Assembly: GCF_001194135.2 (NCBI RefSeq)
Contig: NC_068981.1
Coordinates: 192,790,164 to 192,832,466 of the forward strand
Direction: 5' to 3'
Length of the DNA: 42,303 nt
From: Octopus bimaculoides
Lineage: Eukaryota
Part shown: piece after piece, positions 1 through 12,311 of the stretch
How the letters are laid out: each line of letters opens with the position of its first letter
Position numbering within the stretch: position 1 is the stretch's first letter
Program-made: the position numbers and the translations under genes
Notes under the pieces: generated by a model
Seen by the model: only the letters and a program-made list of their open reading frames with translations
Databases searched by the model: none
Told to the model about the DNA's origin: nothing

Positions 1-599
1 TGAAAAATATATAAATTCTATTGAAAAAGATTCTGAAGAAAAAAATGTCTTAAAAATCCCAAGTAGGATTTGAAGTACACACAGAGAAAAATATATAAAT
101 TCTATTGAAAAAAGATTCTGAAGAAAAAAATGCCTGATAAAACTGGAACTCTAACACAGAACTGAACTACACCCAGTGAAAAATAATATAAATCTGTTTG
201 TAGGATTTTTGTCAGGTCGCCATGTGTTAGTTGTGCTACCGGTAAACAATGTAGACTGGTACTACCTGTGGCATTCTGAAGAGAAAAATGTGTGAAAGAA
301 GGAAAAAAAGGGGGCAGGTGTTGTGGTCGACACCCCCCAAGTGAGAAGTGGGCTGGTCCACTACTAATAAATAGTGGACAGACACAGAAAGTAGGGTCAG
401 TCAGTGAGGCATGCTGTACAGACCAGACACGCAGACAGTTCAGTTATGTCGTCATAATATGGGGCATATCAGAAGTTAACACATATTTTAACTCATTAAA
501 GGCTTTCTGGCATTTCTTTGTCCAAACCCATTTGGCATTTTTTTTAGTAATTCATTAAGTGGTGCCTTTACTTTATGTATATTTGGGATATACACTTGG

Positions 600-1080
600 T
601 AATAATTTACCAAGCCTAGGAATGCTTGTCACAAGGCAGCAGCATACATCCACTGGAAGGCCTGCATTGAATATAACACCAAGACCACTGAGAAATGGCA
701 TGACCATCAAATGAAAGTATTTATGAAAAATGAGAATGCTACCATAGTATAGGATATGCTGTTTCATACAAACTGGGAAGTAACAGCAAACCACCAGGAC
801 ATCCTTATCAAGGATATGAAGGAAAAGAAATGCCTAGTAGTAGATGTGGTGATGCCATCAGAGGGAAACACATCCACTAAATTCATCGAAAAATTCTTAA
901 AGTGCAGAAACTTAAAAATAGAAATAAACTGGACGAAGACAATAGATGCTGAAGTAATACAAATTGTTGAAAGGACTGAACAAATTAACTGACAAACTAC
1001 CTGCTTGCATCCATAAGCTTTGAAATACCAGCATCCTGGAGACAGCTAACATTCTCAGTGAGGTGCTTTCCATTAAATAG
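600..1080 (+). mobile_element. Degenerate 3' fragment of a restriction-like-endonuclease (REL) non-LTR retrotransposon (R4/NeSL/R2-like)
   Basis: AAYIHWK, then TANHQDILIKD..EKKCLVVDVVMP..N..TKFIEK..K..NL..EI (decayed PD..D..K core), then ILETANIL.EVLS. Confidence 0.7.
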
Positions 1081-1464
1081 TAACAACACATCAATTGACT
1101 TCCTAGGACCATGGATTGGATCCTGGCATTATAAGGAAGGAACAGAAACAGGATTCAGTGAATAATACTAATTATGTGCCTTGGGTATGTGCTCTGGTTT
1201 GTTTTGGTATTATTACTTATAAAGGGTTGAAAGTGTATGGTGCTATTTTCTGTATGTTATATATATATTCATAAGTCCTGGGGTGTGGGTTATGTATTTG
1301 TTTGCATGTCTTTTTTATCATTCCCAAAACACCTATTATTATAGAGATTGTTTATTTTCAGGACCCACATTTGAGTTATTTCTATTTCCAGATCTTTGTA
1401 TTTCAATAGTCTTCCCATTTGTTTTAGAAATACTTTGTCATCTGCTGGGACCGATATTTCGATT

Positions 1465-1651
1465 GACACGTAAAAGCACCCACTACACTCTCTGAGTGGT
1501 TGGCGTTAGGAAGGGCATCCAGCTGTAGAAACTCTGCCAAATTAGATTGGAGCCTGGTGTTGCCATCCGGTTTCACCAGTCCTCAGTCAAATCGTCCAAC
1601 CCATGCTAGCATGGAAGGCGGACGTTAAACGATGATGATGATGATGATGAT
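1465..1651 (+). mobile_element. RTE LINE 3' end with (GAT)n tail (young copy)
   Basis: cacccactacactctc..ttaggaagggcatccagc..cccatgctagcatggaa..gttaaac(gat)n; near-identical to the minus copy near 40735-40885. Confidence 0.8.
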
Positions 1652-2199
1652 GTTGAGGCATTATTTTTCTTAGTGGTCCTTCACAACAATATCTGGCCGA
1701 TTAACCTTGATTTCCTTATCTATGTGAACTAGCACATCTCAGCATGATCACTTTGTCATTTCCTAAAACCATTTCTGGTGTATTTTGTTTTCTGTTGGCA
1801 TTCCATTGTGTTGGTGCAACTTCTAGTGTATATAAATCACTACTCTGTCATGTCTTTCTGGGCCAAGACAGCTTGATTTATTGAATATTTATTTATTTTT
1901 ATTTAAACACCATCATCGTTATTATTATTATTATCATTATTATTTTCGTTGATGTTGCTTTGTTTAATACAAGCTGTTCCAAGTCTCACTCAAAGGTCTC
2001 AAGTAATATCTGGATGTTTTACAGTGGGTGTTTTTTTTTATGATTAGTAATGATATATGGCAGGGAAAGGAGACCAAATACTAAGAAACAAGATTTTGCT
2101 AAATTTGTAATACTTGCGATTTTGACCAAGATGTAAGAGAATCAGATACTCACATTATCATCATTATTATTATCATTATTATTATTATTATTATTAAGT

Positions 2200-2393
2200 C
2201 AGAAATGGTCCGAACTTTTGCTAGCAGACGAAATAAGACCAGCAGAATCTTACTCTCCAATCAAACGAGAGTTACCTGCCCTTGTCTCCAGCTCTCGATC
2301 TGTTTGTTTATTAAGAACCTCCCTCTTCTTTCATAGTAATCGCACATTACTGATTAACAGTTACACCTACAAACTTCAGCTTTTGCGGTAACA
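2200..2393 (+). promoter_or_regulatory. Putative promoter or 5' UTR of ACOX3
   Basis: Non-repetitive sequence upstream of the ATG with a CCAAT near 2256 and visibly more CpG than the rest of the window. No TSS can be placed. Confidence 0.3.
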
Positions 2394-2621
2394 ATGACGC
2401 CTTCCCCTACGAGCAAAGGAATCCTGGATAGCATCCAAAATGTTACTCCCGACATGGAAATAGCCTATGCTGGATTTGATACATCGGATAATGAATTAAT
2501 AGACCGACTTGTACCAGACTTCCAGCGGGGAGGACCTCTTGCGCCATACAGACAAAAAGCTTCGTTCAATTGGAAAAAGATGATGTTTTTCTTAGATGGA
2601 AAGTCTGTTATCAAATTTAAG
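2394..2621 (+). CDS. ACOX3: ACOX3 coding exon 1 (76 codons, phase 0 end)
   Basis: MTPSPT...PDFQRGGPLAPYRQKASFNWKKMMFFLDGKSVIKFK matches the ACOX3 N-terminus (P.F..GPL..YR..ASF.WK). Donor AAG|GTAGTT at 2622. Confidence 0.92.
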
Positions 2622-3460
2622 GTAGTTTTTTTTACATTGGTCTTTCCCCACCCTCCTGGAAATTCATGAATAAGCACCGGGACACACACACACGATACGT
2701 ACGGGACTTGTTTTCCGCAAGAATCATTTATATGCACTTAATACGTTTTATTGTTTAATTGTTATAACAAGGCTTTATAAATGTTTTATATAACTTTATT
2801 CAATTCAGCATTCTGCGTCTGCTATATAATTTACCTAACGCCGTTATCTTTGTTACGAGCTGTAATGTCTCATTAACTCTTTACAGAGTTAATGAGATGT
2901 TAGTCAACAGTTCAGTTGATGGTTTTTTTTTTTAACACTCATAATATTTTTTAAGGGGGTGGGGAGATTCATCACTTCTTTTTTGGCAAGATCCATTTAT
3001 TCGGGATCGACAAAGTGAAGTACCTGTCGGAAAATGGAGACGTGGGGATTGATGGTATCGATTAACGCCGTCCGTCAAAAATTTAGATTATATAATGATT
3101 ACGTATATAAGGCGTATGGCAGCAGGTTCCGTTGAACCTGGGGTGTGCGACCAAAGGAGGCACTTAATGTTGAGTTGACGTTCTTCCTTTCTTGTTTGGC
3201 TCATGTTTGTGTCTTCGCTTTTGGATTTGGATTTTGGCAACCCATTGTTTTTGATTTCCGTATAAAATTTTTATTTCTTTCATGTCTATTTTTTGCAGCT
3301 GAACAGTGAAAAACACGGTCGCGCGCGCACACACACACACACATACACACATTCATTGTCTCACATTTGCACGGGCGACTTGAACAGTGCAACACACGCC
3401 AACACAGTCGCACCCACTTACACACACATACGTATATTGATACATGAACATACGATTTTT

Positions 3461-3765
3461 TTCTTTTAGTTGTTTCAGTCATTTGACTGCGGCCATGCTG
3501 GAGCACCGCCTTTAGTCGAACAAATCGACCGCTAGGACTTATATATCTTTGTAAGCCTAGTACTTATTCTATCGGTCTGTTTTGCCGAACCGCTAAGTTA
3601 CGGGGATGTAAACAAACCAGCATCGGTTGTCAAGCGATGATAGGGGGACAAGCACAGACACACAAACATATACATACATACATACATATATATATATATA
3701 TANNNNNNNNNNGGCTTTGGTCAGCCTGCAGCTATAGTAGAAGACACTTGCCCAAGGTGCCATGC
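3461..3765 (-). mobile_element. tRNA-derived SINE type A, 5' part missing, internal (TA)n with N gap 3703-3712
   Basis: Reverse complement of the body seen at 39901-40292. Confidence 0.8.
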
Positions 3766-3778
3766 CTCGACGGGCAGG

Positions 3779-4427
3779 TGTGATATAATTGAAAGAGCAT
3801 GCGAGGTTAAGAGAGTTAATTTCAGCCTGTATGCGTGCACACGTTCTTATTGTAGTAGAAAACCATAGACAGTGAGAGAAAAGAAACTGAGAGAGTGAAA
3901 GCTATAGAGTCGAGAGAAGTTGTGTCTCGTAGTTGGCTGGTTGTAACCTTTCTCCCTCTGGCCGTTTGGTCTCAAGTGGCTGCCTGCTTGTGGCCATGAC
4001 TCTAGTTGGCCTCTGTTTACTAAATAATTTCTCTATTTGCTAATACATGGCTAACATAGAGGGGACAGTACAAGGACAAAACAAAAACATTTAGGGACTG
4101 GGGTTATACATTAGTTAGTCAGTGGTAAAAATCGAGTATAATGAAATCGAAAGGATATACCAAATTGTAGTATTTATAACTATGCAAAACCTGCTAGAAG
4201 GATAGACATATCTGTTATCTCTGTTCTAGCTTTTGGTGAAATAGAAGAGGTTAGAAAGGTCAAGTGGCAAAGACATAATTCTGCTTAGCAAAGACATCGG
4301 GCAAATGTGACTGCTGTCACTCACAGAATAACTATTGTTTTACCTTGAGAAAAGTGGTGTTGAACTGTTAAGTGAAATTTGGTGATCGAGGATTGAATCC
4401 ACGCCATGCCTACATGAAGCTACTACA
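3779..4427. mobile_element. TG...CA-bounded LTR-like element, homologous to 35463-36114
   Basis: Starts TGTGAT and ends CTACA. Shares tctagcttttggtg..tagaagaggttagaaag.gtcaagtgg and aaatttgg..gaatccac..catgc blocks with the 35.5-36.1 kb copy. Confidence 0.5.
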
Positions 4428-4451
4428 TATATACATATATATATATATACA

Positions 4452-4912
4452 GGCTCAGGAGTGGCTGTGTGGTAAGAATCTTGCTTCCCAACCACAGTTC
4501 CGAGTTCAGTCCCACTGCGTGGCACCTTAGGCAAGTGTCTTCTGCTATAGCCTCAGGCCGACCCAAGACTTGTGAGTGGATTTGGTAGATGGAAACTGAA
4601 AGAAGCCTGTCATATGTTGTTATTATCTATAAATAATANNNNNNNNNNNNNNNNNNNNNNNNNNNNNNNNNNNNNNNNNNNNATATATATATACACACAC
4701 ACACATATGTGTGTGTATATGTTTGTGTGTGTTTGTCCCCCCAACATTGCTTGACAACCGATGTATTTAAGTCCCCGTAACATAGCAGTTCGGCAAAAGA
4801 GACCAATAGAATAAGTAGTAGGCTTACAAAGAATAAGTCTTGGGGTCGATTTGCTCGACTAAAGGTGGTGCTCCAGCATGGCCGCAATCAAATGACTGAA
4901 CCAAGTAAAAGA
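4452..4912 (+). mobile_element. tRNA-derived SINE type A, full length, N gap 4639-4682 in the internal microsatellite
   Basis: A-box-like tggctgtgtggtaag, B-box-like gagttcagtcc, ccttaggcaagtgtc core, tail gtgctccagcatggccgc..aagtaaaaga. Confidence 0.85.
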
Positions 4913-4933
4913 ATATATAGATGAATATATATG

Positions 4934-7509
4934 TTTCTTTATTGGCCACTCAGGGCTGAACACAGAGGGGACAAAATACAAAGTAGAGCTTTTCTTTTGG
5001 GGAAGAAAGAAAAAAAAAAATAGAAGTAAAAAGTGGGGGTAGAATTTCGATGAAAAGGGATCGTGGAGAAAAAAAAAAGGCCGATCAATAGGGACTGTGT
5101 ATCACAGAAATGTCATGATATAAAAAGGGGAAACAGATTAAGTTTATCTGTGGAACGAAAAGCCTACAGAAAAGACCACAGTAACCTTGGTCAATAATGT
5201 CATACAAAAAAAATTACATTACAGTAAGTGATTCTTTTTCCTTTCTCTTTTTGGTTCATAGGATTCTGCTCAAGGTTGCTCCATCATTCACACATGCCAT
5301 CCTTGCTACATTCACCCATCTTTTTTGAAACATTCACTAGACAAAACTTCCCTCTCTACTCTCACCTCCTTCAAGTGATGCTTGAAGAAGTTGATGAGAG
5401 ATTCACCAGAGAGGAAAGTGTTTGTATCTAGACCTTTCAGACACGTCCACCACACCCACTCTCTTGCCATAGCCGCAAGTATGATGAAAATGGCTCTTCC
5501 TTCCCGTTTCAAGGAAGGAGGCGCGACAATATTCACGATAGACTCAGTTGATAAACCAACTCGTCCCACATGCAATAGCAGTCATTCGACATAGGCCTAC
5601 AGATTGGAAATGGTTGGACACTGTACGAGTGCATGCAGAATGGTTTCGTCACTCTGACTGCATCTCAGGCAGGTCGGCCCCATGTTTCTCGAGCCATGCC
5701 TGTAGAGCTTATCCTGAACGGGTAACACTTCTCAATAGCACTGCCAGACCAGGAACCTCTGGAAGTTGTCTATAAGTCCCGGCCCGAAAGTCGTCTTGAA
5801 CAGGTGGGTCAGGTATTCTTCATTGACACCCAGGTTCACCCCGAGATCATCGTCGTACCTCTCCTCCACTAATCCCATATAGAATGCTTTGGCTGTGTTG
5901 AAGTCGCTCAAGGTCAACCTGGTTCGACATAGTTGCTCGAGAGCAACTCGATGCTTGCAGTGCTATTCACCCTTCTTCGACCTCTTTTTGATCCATGTCT
6001 GCAGTTCAGTCATGGAGACGAGCTGTGGGAAAGCGCACCTCACAAACAGCGATCACACCTGTTCACTATCGTCTGCGTAGAGCCGGAGATGTCGCAGTCT
6101 CAGCCTGTGTCTGTGCATCATCAACCACGGCATGCCCGGCCCTCCTTTTAACAGGTGTTGGCAGCAAATAGATCGCTTGACCATTGGAACGCTTCCTTTC
6201 CACAAGAAGCGGAAGATTAGTTTGGTGATGGTAGGGTCGGGACAAGGCATGACGGTCAGGCGATAGTAGATGACAGACGCGATGTACGTGTTCGTCACCG
6301 CCGCCTGACCTTTTAGGGACAGTTTCCTCTTGCTCCATTGCCGGGTGAGAGTGATCACCCTACTTGTTATTTCATTCCAGTTCTTCTCCGTTTGGAGGTC
6401 CGGACCAAACCAGACCCTGAGCAACTCGACCAGACCGTCAGTCCAGCGTCCCACAATGGAGGCACTGTTGGATGGCATGGGCTTGCTTCTCCAGGTGCCG
6501 AGCCACAAGCCCACTGACTTTTCCTGGTTGATTTTTGCTCCTGTTACTGCTTCGTAGTCTTTCAGTGTCTTGCCGACCAGCTCGATGTGCTTCTGGCTAG
6601 ACACTATGATGGTGATGTCATCCGCATATGCAGACACACTCGTCCTACATCCCAGTTCTCATGGGATGCCCCTCAGTGTCGTCAGCTTCTGCAGTAGTGG
6701 CTCGAGAGTCAATACGTATAGAAGTGATGAGGGGGGGCATCTCTGACGGACCGAACGTGCAATGTTGAAGGGTGTCAATAGATTTATGCGAATTATTTAT
6801 CCATTTATGCGAATTACCGAATGGATGCCTCTGTATAAAGCAGCTATCCAGCCACAGAAAACAGGACTGAAACCAGCTGCTATGAGGACAGCCTCCAAAT
6901 ATTGATGGTCTACCCTATCGAAAGCTTTGGATTGATACAAATTGATCAGCGCCCCACCCATGCCAGGTTCCTTAACTACCCTGTCTATGATGTAGCGCAT
7001 CAGATGGAGGTTCTCATGGATGCTCCAGCCTGGCATGGTGCACGTTTGTGCCTTGTCAACCAGTTTCTCGATGACAAGCGCCAACCTCTTGGCTAACACC
7101 TTGGCCAAAATTTTCAAATCTGCATTGAGTAGAGTGACGGGCCTAAAGTTATCTATTATGTCCCTCTTGTTTGGGTCTTTCTTCAACAGTGTTACAGCTC
7201 CTTGGCTTACAAAACTGGGGATGCTCCCGTTTTGCTGCCAGTTGCAGTACACTGCTGCCAAGATGTCTCCAAACAAGTCTGGCATACAACTGTAAAGCTT
7301 GTAGGGTAGACCATCCAAACTCGGCGATTTGTCCCTCAAGCATTCTGCCATCGCGTTCCGCACTTTCACCGCCATGATGGCATCTTTGCAGCACCTTGCC
7401 TCTCTTGTTGAGAATCGTGGCAGGCTGTGCAGGTAGGCACTGGAGTCCACCATGTGTTCTCGCCACTTGTCCTGAACAGTCAGGCAAAATGCTGTTGAAA
7501 GGCCTCACA
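4934..7509 (-). mobile_element. 5'-truncated Tx1/L1-clade LINE: RT, CCHC zinc knuckle and 3' UTR, disrupted
   Basis: KSPSLDGLP, NFRPVTLLNADLKILAKVLAKRL, KAFDRVDH, SAYADD, then CLRCSQSDETILHALVQC (about 5620-5690). 3' end ...gtggccAATAAAgaaa. Several stops and frameshifts. Confidence 0.9.
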
Positions 7510-8332
7510 ATTTTTATCCCTACCTGTTTGAAATCATTACATCATTTTGTACTGTTTAGTACATCTTTAGGGGTAAAAATTGGCCAGCATAGTTGTTGAA
7601 GTTGAGAGAGTCCGAAGCCTAGTCAGGTGACTGTTACATTGTTTCCCAAGAAATTTTGACCTGATCTTAATTGAGGTTGCTAATAAAATATCTGGATAAT
7701 TTTTGGTGTTTAACAATCAATATTCTTTTCTCTGTTAAATTTCTTTCCCACATTAATGTCTAATTTGATAATTTTCAAGCTTCAAAAAAATGATGTCTAA
7801 AACGGGGTAAAATGAGTAATGTCTAATTTCAATGATTTCTTCTCTTTAACTCTAGCAAATCATGAAGAAGCGACAGAGAATATTTTATGTTGAATTTGTT
7901 TTTATTTAGTCAAGTTTTGTTAATTTCATAACATATGCTATTTTCACCTGACCCTTTTTCATTTGACCTAGATATTACCTTTTATTATTTTTTTTGAATT
8001 TCTGATCTTTCTGATGTCTAGGGATGGATATTGATGTGTATGAGTCTGTTTTCTGGAGACTTGAAGCAACAAACTTACATTATCTTGACTTAATCATTTT
8101 GTCCCAGCCAAGCTTGTCTTTTATATACTCAAAGAGAACGGCAATCATTTTCTGAAATAGTGATCAGATCATTTTATAATGTCTTTAATGCACTTAGAAG
8201 GTAATTTGCTTAGCTGATATAGGTTTTGTAAGGTAGCAAACATTTATAAACAATATATTTTAGAAAATTACTATTTTTAAATTTCACAACAAGAGATATT
8301 CAACAACAGTACTTTGGAGTAAAGATTATTTC

Positions 8333-8710
8333 CCAACATAACATGGCAGTCCTGGTTTAGGACTAATGTTGCTGTAATTTAGCCCCAGGAAACTTCGTCT
8401 CCAGCTGGCTATATGACACGATCTGTGTCCTTATATTTTTAAACAAGGGAATCTAGCACCCCCACTCAGCTCAAAACAATATCTGTGTATCATGATTTCC
8501 GGGTTATTTCAGCACAGAATAATGTTTGGCTAGAGGTGGCGCTGCCAAATTCCCATTTGAAATATATAGTTTTCAAAGTGGGGGTGCTAGATTCCCTTGT
8601 TCGAAAATATAAGGACACAGGTCATGTTGTATAGCCAACTGGCGATGATGTCTCCTGGGGCTGTATTATACCAACATTTGTTCTAAACCAGGACTGCCAT
8701 GTTACGTTGG
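8333..8710. repeat. Fold-back element: 134-bp inverted arms (8333-8466 / 8577-8710) and a 110-bp spacer
   Basis: ccaacataacatggcagtcctggtttag...ctagcacccccact mirrored by agtgggggtgctag...ctaaaccaggactgccatgttacgttgg. An arm fragment recurs near 14137-14205. Confidence 0.85.
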
Positions 8711-9933
8711 CAAAAATGCTTACTACAATATATTTTGTTGTAAAGTCAAAAATGCTGTAAAAATTCCCTGTTGTGTAATGCCACCATTCAGTCACCCTTT
8801 CACCATAAATTTCAGTCTTTGTGTTTATAGGATAAAAGATTGTAATTTATTAATTCAGACATTGCTTCCATGACTGAATACAGACTTGTTACTGCTTCAT
8901 TGAACTAGATACGAGGCATATTCACCCTTGTATGAAGCCCATTCACTATATTTAGTCAAAGAGAAAATTACTTACTTTTAAACTAACTATTCAAAAGAAA
9001 TTTAGAATCATTATGAAAAAAAACCCCTTGGTTCTGCTCAGTTGCCTCAAGTTCAGGTAACGCTTTTTTAATAATGAGTAATTAACAGTTATAATTCGGG
9101 GTGTATAATTCTGAGAGTGTAATGGGTGCCATTTGTGTGACACTGGGGTGTGTTTACATGCCACTGGGATAGGTGCCAATTTGTGTGACATCAGTAACTG
9201 CTACAACTGTGATTTTGTTTGTCTTGATGGATCTTCTTCTCAAGCACGATATAATGCCAAAGGTCTTGATCATTGCCTTTCTGAGGCCCAACACTTGAAA
9301 GGAACTCAGCCACTTTGCCTCTGTGAATCCCAGTGCTCGAAAGGCATAGATTACAATTATGTTGATGTTATTAAAAAAAATATTTGGAGGAATTTTCCCA
9401 GCTTTGTTCTTTTATAACTCTTTTTTAAAATGCGTTTTTAATTACTCGTTTTGCTGAAATACATTTCTCAGAATGTAGATTATGCAATGTCAATTTTTCA
9501 AACATATATCTGAAAAAGTAAAAAAAAGGTTAATATTACTAAATTATGGAAATTAGCATTAACAAAGTCATGGGGAGGGGGACACAATGGTTTGAAATTC
9601 TTTCAAAAGTTGTTTTAAATTCTATCAATGTATCCATATTTTACATCCTCAAAAAAATATTTCTGCAAAATTTCACTAAAAAATAAATACCTCTCACAGA
9701 ATAATGAAGAAATGAAGTTGGTGGGGCACCAAGTTGTAGATTATTCTCAAGTAGACCTGGAAACAAAATACTGTGACTGTCTTCTATTTTGAGATAGAAC
9801 TAATCATTAATCGAGATGTGTCTGTTGAATGAAAAACCCTGTTAATCTAAAATAATGTTTTTTAAATAATGTATCTGAATATCTATTGGAAATATTTTAC
9901 ATGGAATTTTTCTGCTTTAATGCTTATTTACAG

Positions 9934-10167
9934 AACACAGTGTTTGAAACATTGAAACAAGATCCCCTGTTTGATCGATCACAGGAAGTTGATAAATCTC
10001 TTGAAGAGCTAAGGGAATTGTCATTTCTTCGAGTTCGACGCCTTTTTGAATATAATTTTCTCTCTGATGAACTCCTCTTTAAAAATCCACTCCTTGCCTG
10101 GATAATGATTGGATGTATCCTGATGTATGACACTGCTCTTTCACACAAATACCAGCTCAATGTAAAT
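9934..10167 (+). CDS. ACOX3: ACOX3 coding exon 2 (234 nt)
   Basis: ttacag|NTVFETLKQDPLFDRSQ...RELSFLRVRRLFEYNFL...YQLNVN|gtaagt. Confidence 0.95.
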
Positions 10168-10432
10168 GTAAGTAGAAATATAAATTTAAAAAAAAACCCC
10201 CAAAAAACAAACACTTTCTCCATAAAAAAAAGCATTATTTTATTCAAGATTTGATATTGTTAAACTTTGCATTGATTCTAATTCATAAAGTTACTGTGTA
10301 TAAAGCATCATCATCACTATCATCACCATCATCATCATCATCATCATCATCATCATATGTCTATTTTCCATACTGGCATGGAAAAGCTTTGAGAGCGCAT
10401 TTGGTAGACAGAAGCTGAAAGGAGCCTGTTGT

Positions 10433-10835
<403 letters not shown>

Positions 10836-11261
10836 ATTTGTTACTTTAAATAATTTGGGAAAATGAATTTCCAAATCAATCAGTTACAACCCTTTAGCAT
10901 TACATACATCTGCATATCGTACAGTGGGGGGCGGGGACTTGATTATCATATGTTTATATATTTATCTAGAAATATACAAAATATAATAATTAAAAATATT
11001 TTTGAAAGTTTTTTTTTACTCCCCTTAGATAAAGTACATCCAAAGTTCAATTTTTAAAACCACGGTAGGTTAGAATTCATGAACAAACAGATTTCCACAA
11101 GGTCAATTCAAATACATCAATAGCCATTTCAGGAATTTAATGTTTGTTCAATGACCAATGTTTCCTTATCTTTGCCTCATTTACATTTGAACACTTCTTT
11201 TTTGCAGTCCTATAAACCCTTTTGTTTCCATAAAAAGAGACAAATATTATTTCTTGTCGTA

Positions 11262-11275
11262 TGTACATATATATA

Positions 11276-11310
<35 letters not shown>

Positions 11311-11337
11311 GTGTGTATGTGTGTGTGTGTATGTATG

Positions 11338-11368
<31 letters not shown>

Positions 11369-11481
11369 ATATGTATATATATGTATGTATATGTATATAT
11401 ATATATGTATGTATATCTATGTATATGTATACATATGTATGTATATATATGTATGTATATGTATGTATATGTATATATATG

Positions 11482-11528
<47 letters not shown>

Positions 11529-11957
11529 NNNNNNNNNNNNNNNNNNNNNNNNNNNNNNNNNNNNNNNNNNNNNNNNNNNNNNNNNNNNNNNNNNNNNNNN
11601 NNNNNNNNNNNNNNNNNNNNNNNNNNNNNNNNNNNNNNNNNNNNNNNNNNNNNNNNNNNNNNNNNNNNNNNNNNNNNNNNNNNNNNNNNNNNNNNNNNNN
11701 NNNNNNNNNNNNNNNNNNNNNNNNNNNNNNNNNNNNNNNNNNNNNNNNNNNNNNNNNNNNNGTATATGTATATATATATGTATATATATATGTATATGTA
11801 TATGTATATGTATATATATATGTATATGTATATATATATATGTATATGTATATATATATGTATATGTATATATATATATGTATATGTATATATATATATG
11901 TATATGTATATATATATATACATATGTATGTGTATATATGTATATGTGTATATGTGT
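11262..11957. repeat. Compound (TA)n/(TG)n/(TATG)n microsatellite with N gap 11529-11761
   Basis: Direct inspection. Confidence 0.95.
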
Positions 11958-11958
11958 A

Positions 11959-12088
11959 AAAAGCACCACTGATGCTATATTTCTGGTAAGACACCTAGCC
12001 AAAGATAAACCTCTGAACCTGGCTTTTGTTGACATGGAAAAAGCCTTTGACAGCGCCCCCCCCCCCAATGCCTTATCTGGAGGTCAAA
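11959..12088 (+). mobile_element. RTE-clade reverse transcriptase fragment
   Basis: [32 protein letters not shown] = RT STTDAIF...AFVD.EKAFD motif. Confidence 0.8.
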
Positions 12089-12153
12089 AAAAAAGGAAAG
12101 AAAAACCATTTAGGTAGATTGAAAATAAAATAATGCTAGAACATAAACAATAA

Positions 12154-12302
12154 TGGCAGTGTGGTAAGAAGTTTGTTTCCCAACCACCTGGTTCATGGTT
12201 CAGTTCCACTGCGTGGCTCCTTGGGCAAGTGTCTTCTACAATAGCTTTTGGTTGACCAAAGCTTTGCGAGTGGATTTGGTAGACAGAAACAAAAAGAAGT
12301 TC
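12154..12302 (+). mobile_element. SINE type A 5' half
   Basis: tggcagtgtggtaag..ggttcagttccactgcgtggctccttgggcaagtg..gatttggtagacagaaac. Confidence 0.75.
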
Positions 12303-12311
12303 ATCAAATAC

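Noticed and set aside
6053-7453. 194- and 218-aa ORFs as host genes
   Set aside because: They are pieces of the disrupted Tx1/L1-like RT, with stops, frameshifts and a 14-bp duplication at 6782-6816.
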